Assembly (NCBI GenBank): GCA_964187785.1
Contig: OZ076409.1
Coordinates: forward strand, 558,001 to 622,000
DNA: 64,000 nt
From: Amphiscolops sp. MND2022
Lineage: Eukaryota
Direction of reading: 5' to 3'
In this document: positions 37,439 to 51,839 of the stretch, piece by piece
Position numbering within the stretch: the stretch's first letter is position 1
How the letters are laid out: every line of letters starts with the position of its first letter
Position numbers and translations under genes: made by a program
Notes under the pieces: generated by a model
Told to the model about the DNA's origin: nothing
The model's input: only the letters and a program-made list of their open reading frames with translations
The model's database searches: none

Positions 37439-40400
37439 CTACTCGCGGCAAATGTAGTCATTGAATTTCGACTGCCGTTTCCTGTCACCTGCAGACATCC
37501 TATTCGGGACCTCGGTAGTAGTAAGAGACTCTACAACCAAAGATGTGTCTCTGCTGGAAACGCAAGTTGAAACTTGTTCCACCACTCCCGTAGCAACATC
37601 TGTAAACAATCTAACCGTCACAGGATCAGGGGCAACGGTAGTTGGCTGGAACAGTTTGGCTGATACGTGCTAGAATCGTTCTCTCAGACCTGTCTGAAAT
37701 TTTCTTAGTGAGCCATGCTGTATTATATTATTGACCTTCCGAACGACAAACATCGCAGGAAGAGCCGCACTGTGAGGTCCAGCATGGAAGACCACACGCT
37801 CTCCCACGGGATAACTGATTACAGCATGAGAGTGGTCATTTCCTTCCAAACAAAACTTTCAAGTGAGTCTTTTCTCACGGAAGAAGTGTTACGGTGTGTG
37901 AACAGAACTCCAAATAGAAACGCATGGAAACTGACACGAAGAGATGAGTTCCATTCCCTCAATGCTATCGTTACAGTCCTCACAGCCCGTCCAGCAAAAC
38001 CATTACTCCTTGGATTGTAAATTGGACTCTCCAAGTTGGTGCAACCTTGAGCCTGTAACCACGTGGCCCCTCTATTGTTGACAAACTCCTTAGCGTTGTC
38101 GGAAACCAAATCTCCCAAAAATGGCGGACAGACAATGTATAACTTTTTCCGTGGTGCGATCGCCGCATATGAAAACTTCTATCTAACAAGAACCAGCGTT
38201 GAAAATACTAAGAATAATGCCTACTTCTTGGAAAGAGGCCCAATCCAGGTGTAGTTTCTCCCATGGTTGTGCATCTGTCCGAGTATCAACCGATTTCATA
38301 GTTCTGGGTCCGATTTTTGCACTTGGACCGATTTTCACTGCAGGTACTTACGACCCAATTCCAGCTCCATGCAACCAAGACATTATGTTCACTATGATTT
38401 AGTCGCCTGAACACAAGGATGCGTATCACGAGCTTGTTCAATGACTATGTTCCGCATATTTGGCAGAATGTAAGGTCTAGTTCCGTTGTAAAACATCCCG
38501 TTTCCGACTGTGAGGAAACCAGAAACTTTCGTGGAAATACTCTCTGCTTGAGTACGTGCTTTCCGATTGTCATCAAATACACACCTGATAATTCGCTTCG
38601 CCTTTCCATCGCGTTCACATTCAACCCTCAACTTTTCGAATGGAAAGAGTCTATGCTCCACAAACAGAACACAAATTTAATCAATATTGGGACTTAAGTA
38701 ATTCACTAGATTCCAGTCGTTTTTGCCGCCATCCTGATCACAATTCAGTCTGCTCATGGCGACGGCATGAGGCATTGACGAACTTTCTTTGTAATAAATC
38801 CTAAATTCAAAAGCCATAAGCGAAATTGCCCATCTTTTGATTCTTGCTGATACGGTGTTTGGGAGTCTCCTTTGGAATGGTACGGTTTGAAGCAAATATG
38901 AACTCCAGAGGACGATGACCACTTTTGAGCTTGAGTTTCCAGCCACGTAAAAACCGTTTCAAGTGTTTTACCATAAAAACAATTGCTGTGGCTTCACGCT
39001 CATCGTTACAGTACCTTTGCTCAGCTTGAGACAATGTCTTTGATACATAACTTACAGCGTGACCTTCCTGAGCCAAAAGTTTTCTCAGAAGTATCAGTTG
39101 TGAATGTTATTTCTTTTTCCAAGGAGTAGGGCTGACCAACAGGTTTCGATGCTAACTCAGACTTCAACGTTTCGAATGCACATTCACAGTTTTTAGTCTA
39201 CTGGAACTCAGTCTTCGATATCTTCCTCAGATCAGACATTGGGGCCACTTTGGAAGTGAAGTTCGGGATGAACCGGTCGTAGAAGTTGACCAATCCACAA
39301 AACTGTTGAACTTCTTTAACGCTTTGAGGAGAATTGATTTTCTTGACTCTTTTGAGAAGGTAATCATCGGGCCCAATCCCTGAAACTGTGAAACCGAGAA
39401 AAGTGGTTTTCTTCATGATATTTCCAGGATTGATTTCATCAATCGTGAACACATTGTTTTTCTAGACGATCCTCAACGGCCCTCCAACGCTTCTTACATT
39501 GACGTCCTGTTCTTCCGATTACCAGTACGTCGTCCTGAAAGGAGCATGTTCCAGTCAATCGTTTGAGAGAGTTCTCGATTGTTCGCTGGAACATTCCGGA
39601 TGCGTTTTTAAATCCTTGAGGTAGTCGGAGTAACTTGAAGACACCAAGCGTTGCGTTGATGACACAAATATCTTGCGCAGCATCGTCCAGCATTTTTTGG
39701 TAATAAAAAGATGATAAGTCAATCTTGACATAAAACTTTGGTCCTTCTAGATCGTGAAATATTGTTTCCTTGTAGGGAAGCAGGTAAGCTTCAGTCATGA
39801 TCTTATCGTTTGAGGTCTGCATAAAGACCAAAAGATCAGTGTTTCTTCTTTTGACGCACAACTGGCGAGGCCTTTCCATGACACGCCATGGATCGACGGG
39901 GGCAGTGTTTCCTTGTGCCTATTGTTTCGCCTCTTCAATCTTGACCTGAGCTTCCATGGCAAGTGGAAATTTGCGAGCGCGACGAAAAACAAGTTTTGCT
40001 TCAAGTTTCAGTTTGATAATTGCCTTAGCTTTTTAAATGGCAGGCAAGATTTTTACATCAGATAAAGACGTGTTGTGAATGTGATCATCTCGGATCACGT
40101 CGCTGCCGATCAATCACAATTTGTCTCGGACTCAAAAACTGCAACGTCAACGCTATGAGTTTACTTTTCTCATGAGATTTTACACTTTAGATGACCAAGA
40201 TACTGCAATCTGTGTCCATCGTACGCTTCAATATATCGAGGGATACTCCTCAAGGTTGGAGAGACAATTCGTCGCCAAAGTTTTGTTGATATAATGGTCA
40301 CGGAAGAACCAGTGTTCTTGTTCATTCGAATGGTATGACCATTTAGTTTGATGCAATGAAATGAAGCTGTGCTTCCAATGTGATAAGCTTCTTCTTGAGT

Positions 40401-41200
40401 TGCAGTTTTTTGAAGTTCGAGAGTCTTCTTGTTTTTCGGCTTTGCATATTTTGGAGTAGTCTCCTTGCTTCGAACAATTTTGACTTTTTTCAATCACACT
40501 AGAAAAGTGTGTGAAATGGCTTTCGTCAACATCGTTCACACTGCTCTGGTTTCTGAGGGAGACTCAGATCTTTTTTTACTATTGGAGCCACGTTTTCCGC
40601 ATATGCAACTACACTTGAAGTTGACTGATGAACTGAAAGCTCGGCAAACTTTTTGACCTGGGTTCTATAATGAATGAGCTGAAGCAGTTCTTTCATAGTC
40701 AAGTTGTCGTTTGCTTTGATTACCTCAAGTAACTTGATATTGGATTCGCTGTCTCCAATGATCAATTGTAATCGAATAAATTCAGCTTCAGCGTCCGGGG
40801 AAGCTTTGAGATCGACAAACTTGCAATACTGCGCAGCCTCTCCGAGCTTAACAAGGTAGTCGGTTTCTGCTTCTTCTCCCTCTTGAGACATCTGAAGGAA
40901 ACTAGTGCGTTTTGCAACCACCAGTTTCCCTTGTGGCTTCACGTAATTTATGAGATCCTTACGGTTGTCTACGATTTTCATGTCTTCAAGGATTCTGGGC
41001 GCTATGGGGCTGTTGAGTTGTATTGGCTCATGAAGAAATCAGTCACCTGATATTTGTTCGCTATGGCAACGACAGCTGGTGGTCCACTAGTTCCAGGTGT
41101 TGCGTCGATGTCTCTTTTTTTTCAACACGCGCTCGCGTTTCGAACGCTTTGAGCCACATAAGTGCTTTATCGGGTTCCGCCAGTTCCAATTCCAGTGTAC
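37439..41200 (-). mobile_element. Decayed Ty3/Gypsy gag-pol (element 2)
   Basis: Gag KRTSFLQMSQ...AAQYCKF, protease-like NTGSSVTII, RT KIDLSSFYYQ, RLPQG and FQDDVLV, RNase H SKTLSQAEQRY...HRPL, integrase LVSDNAKEF...PRSNG; many stops and frameshifts. Confidence 0.88.
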
Positions 41201-42499
41201 GCAATAATTTCGGCTATGATTGTTCGAAAAAACACAATTACAAGAGTTTGCGTCCCAATTTCTAAGAATTACGAACGGGGTTTTGAGTCCAAGACTCCGT
41301 AGCGCACCTTCATTTCGAATCGCCATAAGGAGGTAACAACGGTGGCTCTGAGTCCGAGACACTAAAAGATCACCATTAGTTGATTTCCCTTTTTGGATTA
41401 GCCTCCCTGCGCTGATCGTGAGTTCTTCGCTTGTTGCCTTTTGTTCTCAGGATCTTCCGCAAATTCGGGTAGTAAGGTAGGACTACACCGAAAGATCTGA
41501 GTTCAAGTCGCTGGATTGATGCAAATCTGTGTGTTTCTCAACGATAACTTCACTGCGCAGCTCTGACTTGTTGCTCAAAACATTTGTCGTTACTTGGATG
41601 ATTGGCAGTCCAACGATCTCCGGTCTTCAAAGGTGTTCGGTGACCCTGTACTAGGCCGCAAAAGTTTGTGAGGCTTCGCAATGAAGCCAACAGCGGAGTT
41701 ACACTTCGAGGTTGATAGTTGTTGCTTCTGTGGTGTGTGATAGTATTGGTAATCACATCATGCCATAAGATTAGTCTCGTATTTTTCAGATCTTTAGACT
41801 TGAGATAGTTGTAAACGTCTTTTGATTTAATCACGGACTCTGGGTTCAGAAAAAATCAGGGACCGGTTTGGACGAGTTCTTGTACTTGTTTACGCACACT
41901 GATTTGAAGATCTTTAAAGGAATTGTACAGTGAAATGGCAGGGCGGCGGGAATAGCGTCTAAAGAATAACGTTTAAACTAAAAAGGGGAAACCATCTATA
42001 ACTGAATCAATTTTCGGGAAAAAATTCTGAAGGTTTAGACGTTATTCCATTTTTTCAGACGTTTTCCGGTTATTTTTAGGCATTATTTCTGATAGTAAGA
42101 ACTTCTATAAATTGACGTAAAAAAGTATCTGAATTGAAAACTGTCTATTTTTAGACTATATGGCAGAAGTCGAGATCATCGAAGGTCGACGTAAGGGTGC
42201 AGTTGCAAGTCTACACCTGCAAGGGCTATTTGTATTCGAAGAATAATGTGTATAAAGATAAAATCCAATTGGGATGCCACAGGAACAGGGTACTTTCAAG
42301 GAGGAAAGTTTTCGAAGGTGACGACCGTTTGCATTTAATTTTTGATCCGAGATAAAAATTTGCCTTTTTCACTACAGACAGGCAATTTGAAAAAAAATGG
42401 AAGCATTTAGGGTTATCCGTTTTCAACGCAAACGAAAAATCATAATCGTCATGGCTTAAACTTATATTGTCATTGCCTGGCCTACCTGAGACACTCAAC

Positions 42500-45400
42500 G
42501 TTCAAAGATCTGAATGAAAGAAAAAAAAAACAAAAAAGTTTGAATTTGAAGAAGAATAGCTTCGATTTAAAACAAAACAGAATACTTACAGTTTTTCTGA
42601 GCGAGGATTGAATCATTCAGTACACTTTTCCTCGTGCACACAAATATCGAGAGTCCGTATTGGAAAATAGGTTTCATGTATGTGTTGTAACAGCCTATAA
42701 TTACTGATATAGTGGTGAAATGCCTCAGACGGTGAAGTACAGATATCTGTTTGGCTATTTTACTCAATAATCGTTGAACGTGGAATACGTAACTTCAGTT
42801 TTTACCAAGAAGAACACCCAGATATTTGACGTATTTTTTACAAGTTAATTCAGTCTTTTTAAATACTTAGTTGTGATCTTTGCATTTTAGGAAATCGAGC
42901 AATTCTGTTTAAGGAACCTTTTGACTAACTTAATTCAAGAATGTGTTCAACATGATGTTCCAGTGAAGATGTTTTTTCATTCCTCACGTGAAGACAATTA
43001 GCGTCATCAGCGAAGAGAAACGGGATGATAGTTTAACAAGAGTTCGGGAAATTTTCAGTATATAGTAAAAAGTTTGTATATACATATATATACATATATA
43101 CATAGTTTGTCGTATCAATATTTTTTGTAAATCTAGCAAAACACGAAAAATATTAGGTTAGAATCGTCCCTAATCATTTCTGTATTATCCGAGAGAGCGC
43201 GGACGAGGCTGGGTTTTCATCTAGATCCAAATAGTCTCGAATAGAATAGTTCGTTTTTGTCGTTGAAAGTATGTAATCGGTCATGAAGAACACGGTCAAT
43301 TACTTTGCTTAATACTAAACATAAATACTAAATCAAAGGTAGGTCTGGAATTTTCCTCAATAGATTTCTTTCCCGGTTTGAATGTCGGTACCAATCTCCC
43401 GGCATTTCAGACCTGAGGAAATTTTCCATCTTTCAGCGATTCGTTCACAAGATATGTTAATTTTTCAACTAATACATTAAAACTCACTTCTAGTATTTTT
43501 ACAGTCAGTCCATCTAGGCCAAGTGATTTATGAATCTTCAGAATTTTACAAAACCTCGGACGTTTTGTGCAATCAGAAGGATAAAAAATGATTTTTCATT
43601 GCCTTCCTTGCCGTCAGTCGTGAATGGGATATTTCGATTGAAACAGCTAAGGAATTAACGATGGAAACAAATTTTTCATTGAACGATTCGGCCTTCAATG
43701 TCATCCGTAATCATTGTTTATTGTTCCTGAGATTTATTTTTACCTTTGAATGTAATTTTGCTGAGTTCTTCAAAGAAACGTCTCGGAAAATTGATAAGTT
43801 TATTCAGACGTGAATCATAGTATTCGCGTTTGCATTTTTGAAGCTGTTGATGCAATTAATTTCTGGCTCTTGTATAGCGTTGCTTGTTCTGATTGGTTTC
43901 ACAGCGCTTGTATCTGTGGAATGTACAACTCCTACGAATTGAGGCATTTCTAATTTTCTTTGTGAACCAAGGTCTCACAGTTTCTATGTGTTTCGAAGTT
44001 TTTTTTCAGTGAAAGCATATTGCATTGGCGAAGGCTTAGTAGATGTTGATGCTCTTCTCCTAAGTCTACAAGTCATTACAGTGCATCTGCAAGCTAAGTC
44101 GCCACAGGGGGTAAAATTGGCAATTTAACACTGATTTTGCGGGATCCACGCCACGAAAATCGGCGTCTTTTGGAATCCGAGGACATGGGTTAATACGTTA
44201 GCTGGTTTCAAATTGCGGAAACTGGGACCAAAAATATGCCGATAAAAGCCGACAAGATGCCTCCAGAATCGTGTCTTGGATTCCACAAAATACAATGTAA
44301 GCAATCAGATAACTGTAAATTTTAGCGTCTACTTACGTTTTATTTCGCCGAAATCAAATTTAATAAGCCAGAGAATGAATACAAAGTCAAATACCACAAA
44401 GAAGTTACAATCAATGTCTCCCTTTCCGTAAAACTGTCGGCTTTTCTTATAGTGAAATACTACATTTCTACCAATTGTAATGAAATTGAAAAAATGAAAA
44501 TTTCATTGAAGTAATTAGTGTGAAATTGAAGTTATATTTTGGTTCCAATCGTGGGTCAAATCGTGATTAACCGAACGTTATCGTTTCTAGCGGTTTTAAT
44601 CTAATTTAACGAGATAAAATGCGGAAACAGAATATTCGTGTTGCGGATTGCAGGTGTACGAATTACTCTACTGGATAAAATGCTGGAATCTGAGGCACAT
44701 TTAGCACCAAGCACTATTTGCTCTCTACATGAATGGCGCTATTAGGGCGTGGCATAAGTGACAATTAATTGATCCCATTAACTTGCCAAGGCACAAAATT
44801 GCGGAAAGTAAGATTTCAAATCCAAAGGAAGCTAAGGCAGTCAACATCAAAGGGAATGAATTCAGTGCACGCGTCTCGGTGTCCTGATTCCCGCAAAACG
44901 CTGCTCAGAAAAAACTTGCAGATGCACTGTAATGGTTCCAGGCAGTGTTTCAAGTGTATTAGATGGAGAATTTCGGCACTACCGTCTTGGAGAAGCGGTC
45001 AATCTTCAAATGAAATGTTGATAGCGAATGGTTTGGGATTTATTTATATTCATTTCAACGTTTCAAAATTGCAAAATGATCTGTAATATATGTCCTAATA
45101 ACTCCACATTCAACAGGTCTTTGAAAGTCATTGAGGAATAAATGACCGATTAAGGATTCTGAGTCATGCGTCACACGAGTTGGTTCTTCGATTTCTTTCT
45201 TGACTGCAAGTTAAATTTTCCAACAAGTTCACGAACCTATTCGATGCTGGACTGCATTCCAAGAGGTGAGTGGTAATATTGCCTAATAAACAAATGTTCT
45301 CAGTTTTACTCGGAGACAGAAGGAGGAACTAGAGCTGAGTCAAGAAATCCTGTTCACTAACGAAGGTGAATTGTATAAACAAACATACAACGGTAACTTT

Positions 45401-46610
45401 TTCCATTTTTCATTGTTCTTAGTTGTACAGTTCACTACAGTCTAGTTCAAATCTGGAATAAAATCTGTTAGTATGCTAAGCTTCAAAGGTTCAAAGTCCA
45501 GCGATTCTGAACCTAGATTTCGAAACCTTCATTTCTAGTTGGAGGAGGTTCAAAGTCCATAGGCGCCTATGATTCTAGTGAGTAGGTACTCTTGGCTGAG
45601 GACTCCGCCATCCAAGTTTCGGAACAGCAAAAAACAGACAGTTTTGTTCCACGAAAGGTATCTATTAGCATTTCTAGTTTTTCAAAATGATCATCGGTAG
45701 ACCTTATCTTACGTTCAATTGAATTATCAGTTCGTTCTCGACCTTTTGTACTTCAAGATTCTTTAATTTTTCTTAACGTTTCAGGGTGTAAACGAGGTAA
45801 ACGAGAAGGCCCTCTAACAAAAACGCAAACTACTTTTGCAAACAGCGTAAACGAAATTCGGATCCAATTCATTCACATTAAAGAGGCTTTCAAAAGACAA
45901 TTTTGGAAACATTTGCTTGACATACGACAATTTTTTCATTATTCTTATTGACACAGGTTACATCCTCACGTTGTCGCAAAGTCTTGGTCAACCTTGCTAC
46001 CAATAAAGTAAGGTCAATTCGATTTTTCCATCCTTTTCGTTTTAACTTTACCAATTTTCATTTGCCTCCGCAAAAACTTTGCAACAATTGAACGCCCTTG
46101 ATCCTGCTTCATGCTTCTGCTGGGCACTCTGTGACAGATGCTGATGTCCACTAGGGATAAATGACTTCCTCCTTTTTTCGTCACATTGATCACTGTTTGA
46201 TTGACATCCTCATATTGTTCCTCCTCTACCCCAATTATTCGTTCATTGTTCCTTCTTCCATGCTGTTAGTTTGATTCTGCATTAAGTAAACCCGACAACT
46301 ATCCACTGATCTGAGGCTTTTTAGGAAGTTTTGTCTGTTTTCATCGCACCTCGGCTACCTCAGCTGCTGCACAAAGGCCACACAAGGACGAACATTTGAT
46401 GAAACCCTTCGGAAAACTTTTGGGAAGTCAGGTAGGAACCCATGAAGTGTCCCCATTGCTAGTTTGCCCTTTGCCCGTGCACTCAATAAAGTCGGTGGAA
46501 CCTTCTTCACCATCGGTGGTCGAACCAGTTCTGGTTTTCGTCATTGCTCTGAAACTATTTAATAAATTAATACAACAATTAGCATCATAGTTTTTGATCA
46601 GTGCATCCAA
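42500..46610 (-). mobile_element. Decayed CR1/L2-type LINE (ORF1 remnant plus RT remnant)
   Basis: RT motifs KSLGLDGLT (~43510), LFADDA (~43010) and VKYLGV (~42820); ORF1-like VDISICHRVP (~46140) and Cys pairs near 46400; boundaries approximate. Confidence 0.65.
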
Positions 46611-47673
46611 AATATTTTGACTTTCTACCTTTATGTGGAAAGGAAAAGACCTGGAATACTGACTTCAATCCTTTCAGTATGTTTTCTGTTTATGATCAAA
46701 AACGCGGTGCGAATTCAGATGTTGAACGCTTCATCAATTCGGCATTTTCAAAACGTTTTAACCGAAAAAGATCAAAAATTTAGTTTTTTTTTCGATGAAA
46801 TTAAAGAGTGTAAGCAACTGTTAGAAAATTGAGGCAATTAATTAACACAATGGTGAAGTGACACGCAACTACAAACGCAAAGAGGCAAAAACAGCGGATC
46901 GCTTAAATTCGGAAGCAGAGCGAAAATTAATAGCCTATCGTTTTGAGCCTCAGGAGTTAGTAAGAGTAGTATCGCACGATATCTCAAAAATATATTCAAA
47001 AGATGTTAATGACTGACTTGAACAAAAATAACGACGTGGACGAAATTGAAGAATTACTAGTCGGCACCATTGAATATTTTGACAACTGGCAATTATTAAT
47101 TGGGTTTCCAATAATTGCCTTTATTTTGTTTCAATAATTGTTTTGATGCTTTACCCAATTATCAAACTGTTTCTGGGGATCTGCCAATTATCAATGAATG
47201 ATAATATAGTTGTGAATACATTGCAATTTGTTGATTTTGTATGAGATGAAAAATGTCAACTGCTAAGGGATTAAATTCAATTGTTTTGAGATATTTTATC
47301 CCCTTGGAAAAAGAGTTCTACAAATGTTCCTGTGGTAAGTAAGATACTCAAAGTTCAATTTGTATACCAAAGGGATTGTGCGCATCGAACTCAAAAACGT
47401 AATGGTCAACGCATGTATGGCCCAGGTTACAGAAGGGCTTACGAAAACAGTGAAGAAGGTGTCGATAAATTGCAAGCTGCAGAGCCTCCGTGCAGTGTCA
47501 GTAACGGTCCCGTGAAAATAACTTTGAAAACCTCGGTAAGTGGAGGACTAATTTATAGAACAAAACATTGGATCGCAAGGTAGAAGCTGGTCTATAAGAA
47601 AGCGTACCACAATTGAATTGCTCGTTATGAAATGACTGAGAGCTTGAGAGCCTCCCCCCTTCGACGATTGCGC

Positions 47674-48800
47674 TCATAGAAGACTCGGTCTGAGTGACAG
47701 TGTGTTCAAGAGATTTACATCTTCTGTCAACAGAATTGAACTCCTCAGAAGTGCAAAACTAAGCTTCGTTCTGATAACTTCTACGACATCAGCGTATGGC
47801 TCGGAAGTTTTGCCGCTGAGATCGACCGCAACTCTAGTGGCGATTCTCGATGCGGGCGGTCCGGCTCCTCCTGTAGTCGCAAAGACGAGTGGCTGAAAGA
47901 GATTTTTTTCGACATTTACGATACGTTGCTCGTATTTGCCTTTCTTTGAAGCTTTGTGGTGTTTGTTACTTCTTGAATTTGTTTCAGACAGGAGTTGCCG
48001 AAGGGGTTGAAAATTTTGACATCGAAGAGGGTTCGACAGAACTTTGAATCGAAACATCCGTTTGCTTTGATCTCTAATCTACCCTCATCTTCATTGCTCG
48101 TTGATTTATTATCGAAGGTCTCGCCTTCTTCCGGCTGAAGTTTCGGTTCAATTTCAACATCGATGCAGACGTCTCCTAGGAGCTTGGCGAACGTGTCGGG
48201 AATTTTATTGAGCTGCAGATGGGTTTGTCCGCTTTTTGCACAGTGCAAAGCGTGCAACATTACCAAAGATTCACCGCATGCAAACGAAATGGGAAGATTT
48301 TCCAGTGCCCATCCTTATCAGAGAACTAAGAGGTGTCTGAATCTGATTTGGTTAGGGCGAGGCCATATTTCTGCAGGGGAAGCGCGTTCAACCAGCTGGG
48401 GGCTCCGTTTTCATAGCATACAACTCACCCTCAGCTATGACTTCTTCCAGTTTTTCTCTTTTTTTGTGATGTTCCTTCGTAATTTCTGCTTCTTGAGTTC
48501 GCGGAGGATGTGTATTGTGAGATTTTCGCAGCTAGGTGTTCGGACATTCATTCAAAGCGACCAATCCTGACTAGTCCCGGCGTGGTCATCGGGTGAGAGG
48601 ATTTTGAGACCGCCATTTTTAGAAGGAGTGAGAAGAGCAAACGCTGCTCTTCTGTTTGGATGGTCGTTTCAGTCAGCGCAGGTAGCAGTTATTCCGAGAT
48701 CGTCGTTTCTGTTTTTTGTAGGGAAGGCTCCTCGTCCGGTGTGGTTAGGAAGAGAAACGAGAATCTGTTCTGTATACCTTGTGCGATGGCGTGGTATACT
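47674..48800 (-). mobile_element. 3' part of a CRE-like non-LTR retrotransposon (zinc knuckle plus restriction-like endonuclease), decayed
   Basis: HALHCAKSG, VEIEPKLQP, RLEIKANG, FDVKIFNP, KKGKYEQRI, FQPLVFATTGG and IRTKLSFALLRS motifs. Confidence 0.8.
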
Positions 48801-48824
48801 TTTTGCGGCGGAAGATACTCAAGC

Positions 48825-49362
48825 AAACAAGCCGGGAACGGCCCAAGTCGGCGCCATATCTAAAGCTCAAAAAGACTCGAGAACGAAAACTATTTTTTCT
48901 ACAACTGGAGACAACAAAAGCTCTCAAAAAAACTAAAAATTGAGAAAAAAAATCCGAATTTTTTATCGAAATTTTTTTGAAGTTTCCGATATGTCGCATA
49001 GTGCCAAAAAATGTGAAAGGGAGGACGCTATGGGATTTTTCGAACATCCATTCTGTTGCAAAAGGTCAAAAAGTGATGGGAGGAACAATAGAAAAATTTC
49101 GGAAAAAAAATCAGTCTCACAGTGCCGAAAAACGAGGAAAGTCTCATAGTGTCAAAAACAATGGACCCTTCTGCTTTGGAATGGCTTTTTATCTCATGTT
49201 AGAGGCTTTGGATGCGTTGAAAATGGAGTACTAAGTACATATGGTAAACGTTGGTAAATGTGCATTAATGCACAAAAAGTGGACGTTTCGCGTTGAACTG
49301 ACGAAAAAAAACTAGCCACTGCAAGAGTCGATATTTTCTTCGAAAACGCCGACTAAAAAAAA
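48825..49362 (-). mobile_element. DINE-1/HINE-like element, family 1
   Basis: AACAAGCCGGGAACGGCCCAAGTCGGCGCC...AAAACGCCGACTAAAAA. Confidence 0.75.
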
Positions 49363-50759
49363 CTCTGGTGTTGAACCCTGTGGTCACATTGTGTGTTCTT
49401 TTTGTATTGAAGACAAAAACTGTGCAAAATGCGATGCCAAAGGTGATTCGAGGTTTCGAATTACACAGAAATGAAGGAATGATGCGAAGTATAAAACGTG
49501 CCTCGGATATGTCCTCATTGCCTCTGGTACCCCGCGGCCCCTTGGGGCCGCTCATGTTGTTATCTTGCCAAGGGAGGTCGAACAGGAGCAAAAACGTAGC
49601 GGGAACGGATATCACGAAGCGATCGCAGTGGGAGCTGGTCTTTGCGACGGTGAGGGCGACCGTGCATACACTGGATATGCCCCACTTTTCAGTTTTTAGA
49701 TCTTATTCCTTTAGATCATAGGCGGCGGAGCTCTCAGGATCTTGTTTGAAGGATGTCCAGTTTGTAGAATTTAATGATCCAGTTGGTAGAATTCATTGAT
49801 CCAGTTTCCAGAGAAAAAATTCTACAAACTGGACCACCTAGGACCTGTTTGTAGAATTCTGCAAACTGGTATTCTACAAACAACCTGATTTTTTCCCAAC
49901 AGACCCAAAACCCGAAACCCAATTTCTGGTACCACACCAATATCCAATATTAGCACAATCCAGTTAATTGTGATCCGTGGTGAATCAAGACCCATGCAAC
50001 CCGGGAACCAACACCACCGAGGCTGAAGCACGTAAAATAGAAGTATCGCTAATTGACAGACAATTGATTCATTTTTCAACCGGTTGCCTTGGAAGCACAG
50101 GATTCTTTAGGCGAGAGCAGTGAATTTTTCATTATGCGTCTCTGTGAAATGCGTCTCGTACAACGATCAACGAGCTGGTAGTTTTTTAACCAACGGATCT
50201 CTGGCTCTTCAGATCGGCAATGCGGCCTGTGAGCGACAGGGCAGCGTTTGCGGAAATTCATTACATAGTTATTTTTTCAACCTGTATATCGTTCCAGCTT
50301 TTTAAAAAAATTCTACTGGGATAGTGGCTGGTATGAGTAGCTTGTTGGTTATTTTTTTTGGTTACTGGTCTACTGGGAAAGTGGCTAGTATGGTGTTCCC
50401 TACTTTTGTTGCAGACCACGGTGTGTGTCGTCTCCCCCCAACATCATGTTGCAACAATGATGTTACATGACAATGCACTCGATTGATGAAGATCCATGAT
50501 ATCGGGTAGTGAAAAAAAGTTCGGAAGAAATTGGTTCAAACATTGGAGTCACTTCAAAAAAAGTTGCAAATTTTTCAGCTCAACATGAAAATTATGACCT
50601 GGAACCACCAAAAAATGAAGAATATCCCCGTACCAGCCGAATACTGGTCGAATCAATACTAATACTACTATCCTGTTTTCTTTCTCAATAAAACTATTTT
50701 TGATCCGTTTTATCCACTGTAGCAAAGTTTTTTAACGTCTTTTTCCAGATCTTTTGCAG

Positions 50760-51097
50760 ATGTCATCGCAAGTAGCAGATATAGCCCTGATTGGCCTAGC
50801 GGTCATGGGTAAAAACCTCATTTTGAACATGAATGATCATGGTTTTACTGTATGTGCTTTCAACCGGACGGTATCGAAGGTCGAGGAATTCATGCAAGGC
50901 GAGGCGAAGGGAACTAAGATTGTCGGTGCTACTTCCTTACAGGACATGGTTTCAAAACTCAAGAAGCCGCGTCGTGTGATGCTACTTGTGAAAGCCGGGC
51001 AAGCTGTAGATGACTTTATTAACCAACTTTTACCCTTGATTGAGCCAGGTGATATCATAATTGATGGCGGCAATTCTGACTTCAATGATTCAATTCG
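50760..51097 (+). CDS. PGD: 6-phosphogluconate dehydrogenase exon 1
   Basis: ADIALIGLAVMGKNLILNM...DIIIDGGNS NADP-binding motifs; donor CG|GTTAGT. Confidence 0.95.
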
Positions 51098-51708
51098 GTT
51101 AGTGTGCATTTTAAACAGCAATTCTGAAAAATTAACTGCAATTATTTGGCACAAATAATTTATTGCTAGCTTCTTGCATTCATTCAATTGATTTTTGTCT
51201 CCAATTAAATCCAATTGAGTACTACTATAAAATCTACTGCAAGTGAAATCTAATGCACTCAAATAATAACGAACTTCTAGTATTGTATGGAAAAAATGTA
51301 AATGAAACAGTGTATGTTGGTATCAGAAATACTGAATTATTATAAAAGACGTGCGGAAGGTATCTGCCTGGCGTCTTGTTTGATATTTTTGCGTGAGCTG
51401 AAATGTTGGAGAACTAAAGGTGACAGTGTAGTTCTTTTCCATGCTGCTGGTAGATATTTCAGCTCATGTTGCGTGGGTAGAGAGTGACGATTAAGGGTTC
51501 TCATGCATGTTTGTGTAAGATAGTCAATAAATGGCATTGTACTTCAAGGACTGCTGCTTTTCATAGCCAGCTACGTAACTGAATGCAAGTAGTAGTTGTC
51601 ACCTTTTCATTCCATGATGCTTGAGTTTCGAAGGGCAAACTTTTATTGTGTGCAGTGTAGTATCCACGTCCTGTGTAAATGGTGGTGTTCCCCAAGCTGT
51701 GTTTTCAG

Positions 51709-51839
51709 TCGCTGCCGAGAATTGTCCGCGAAGGGCTTTCTGTTTGTTGGCACCGGGGTCTCTGGTGGAGAAGATGGAGCCAGATATGGACCCAGTCTCA
51801 TGCCAGGAGGCAATCCCGAAGCGTGGCCTCACATCAAAG
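51709..51839 (+). CDS. PGD: PGD exon 2
   Basis: [23 protein letters not shown]; acceptor ttttcag|T, donor G|GTAAAC. Confidence 0.95.
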
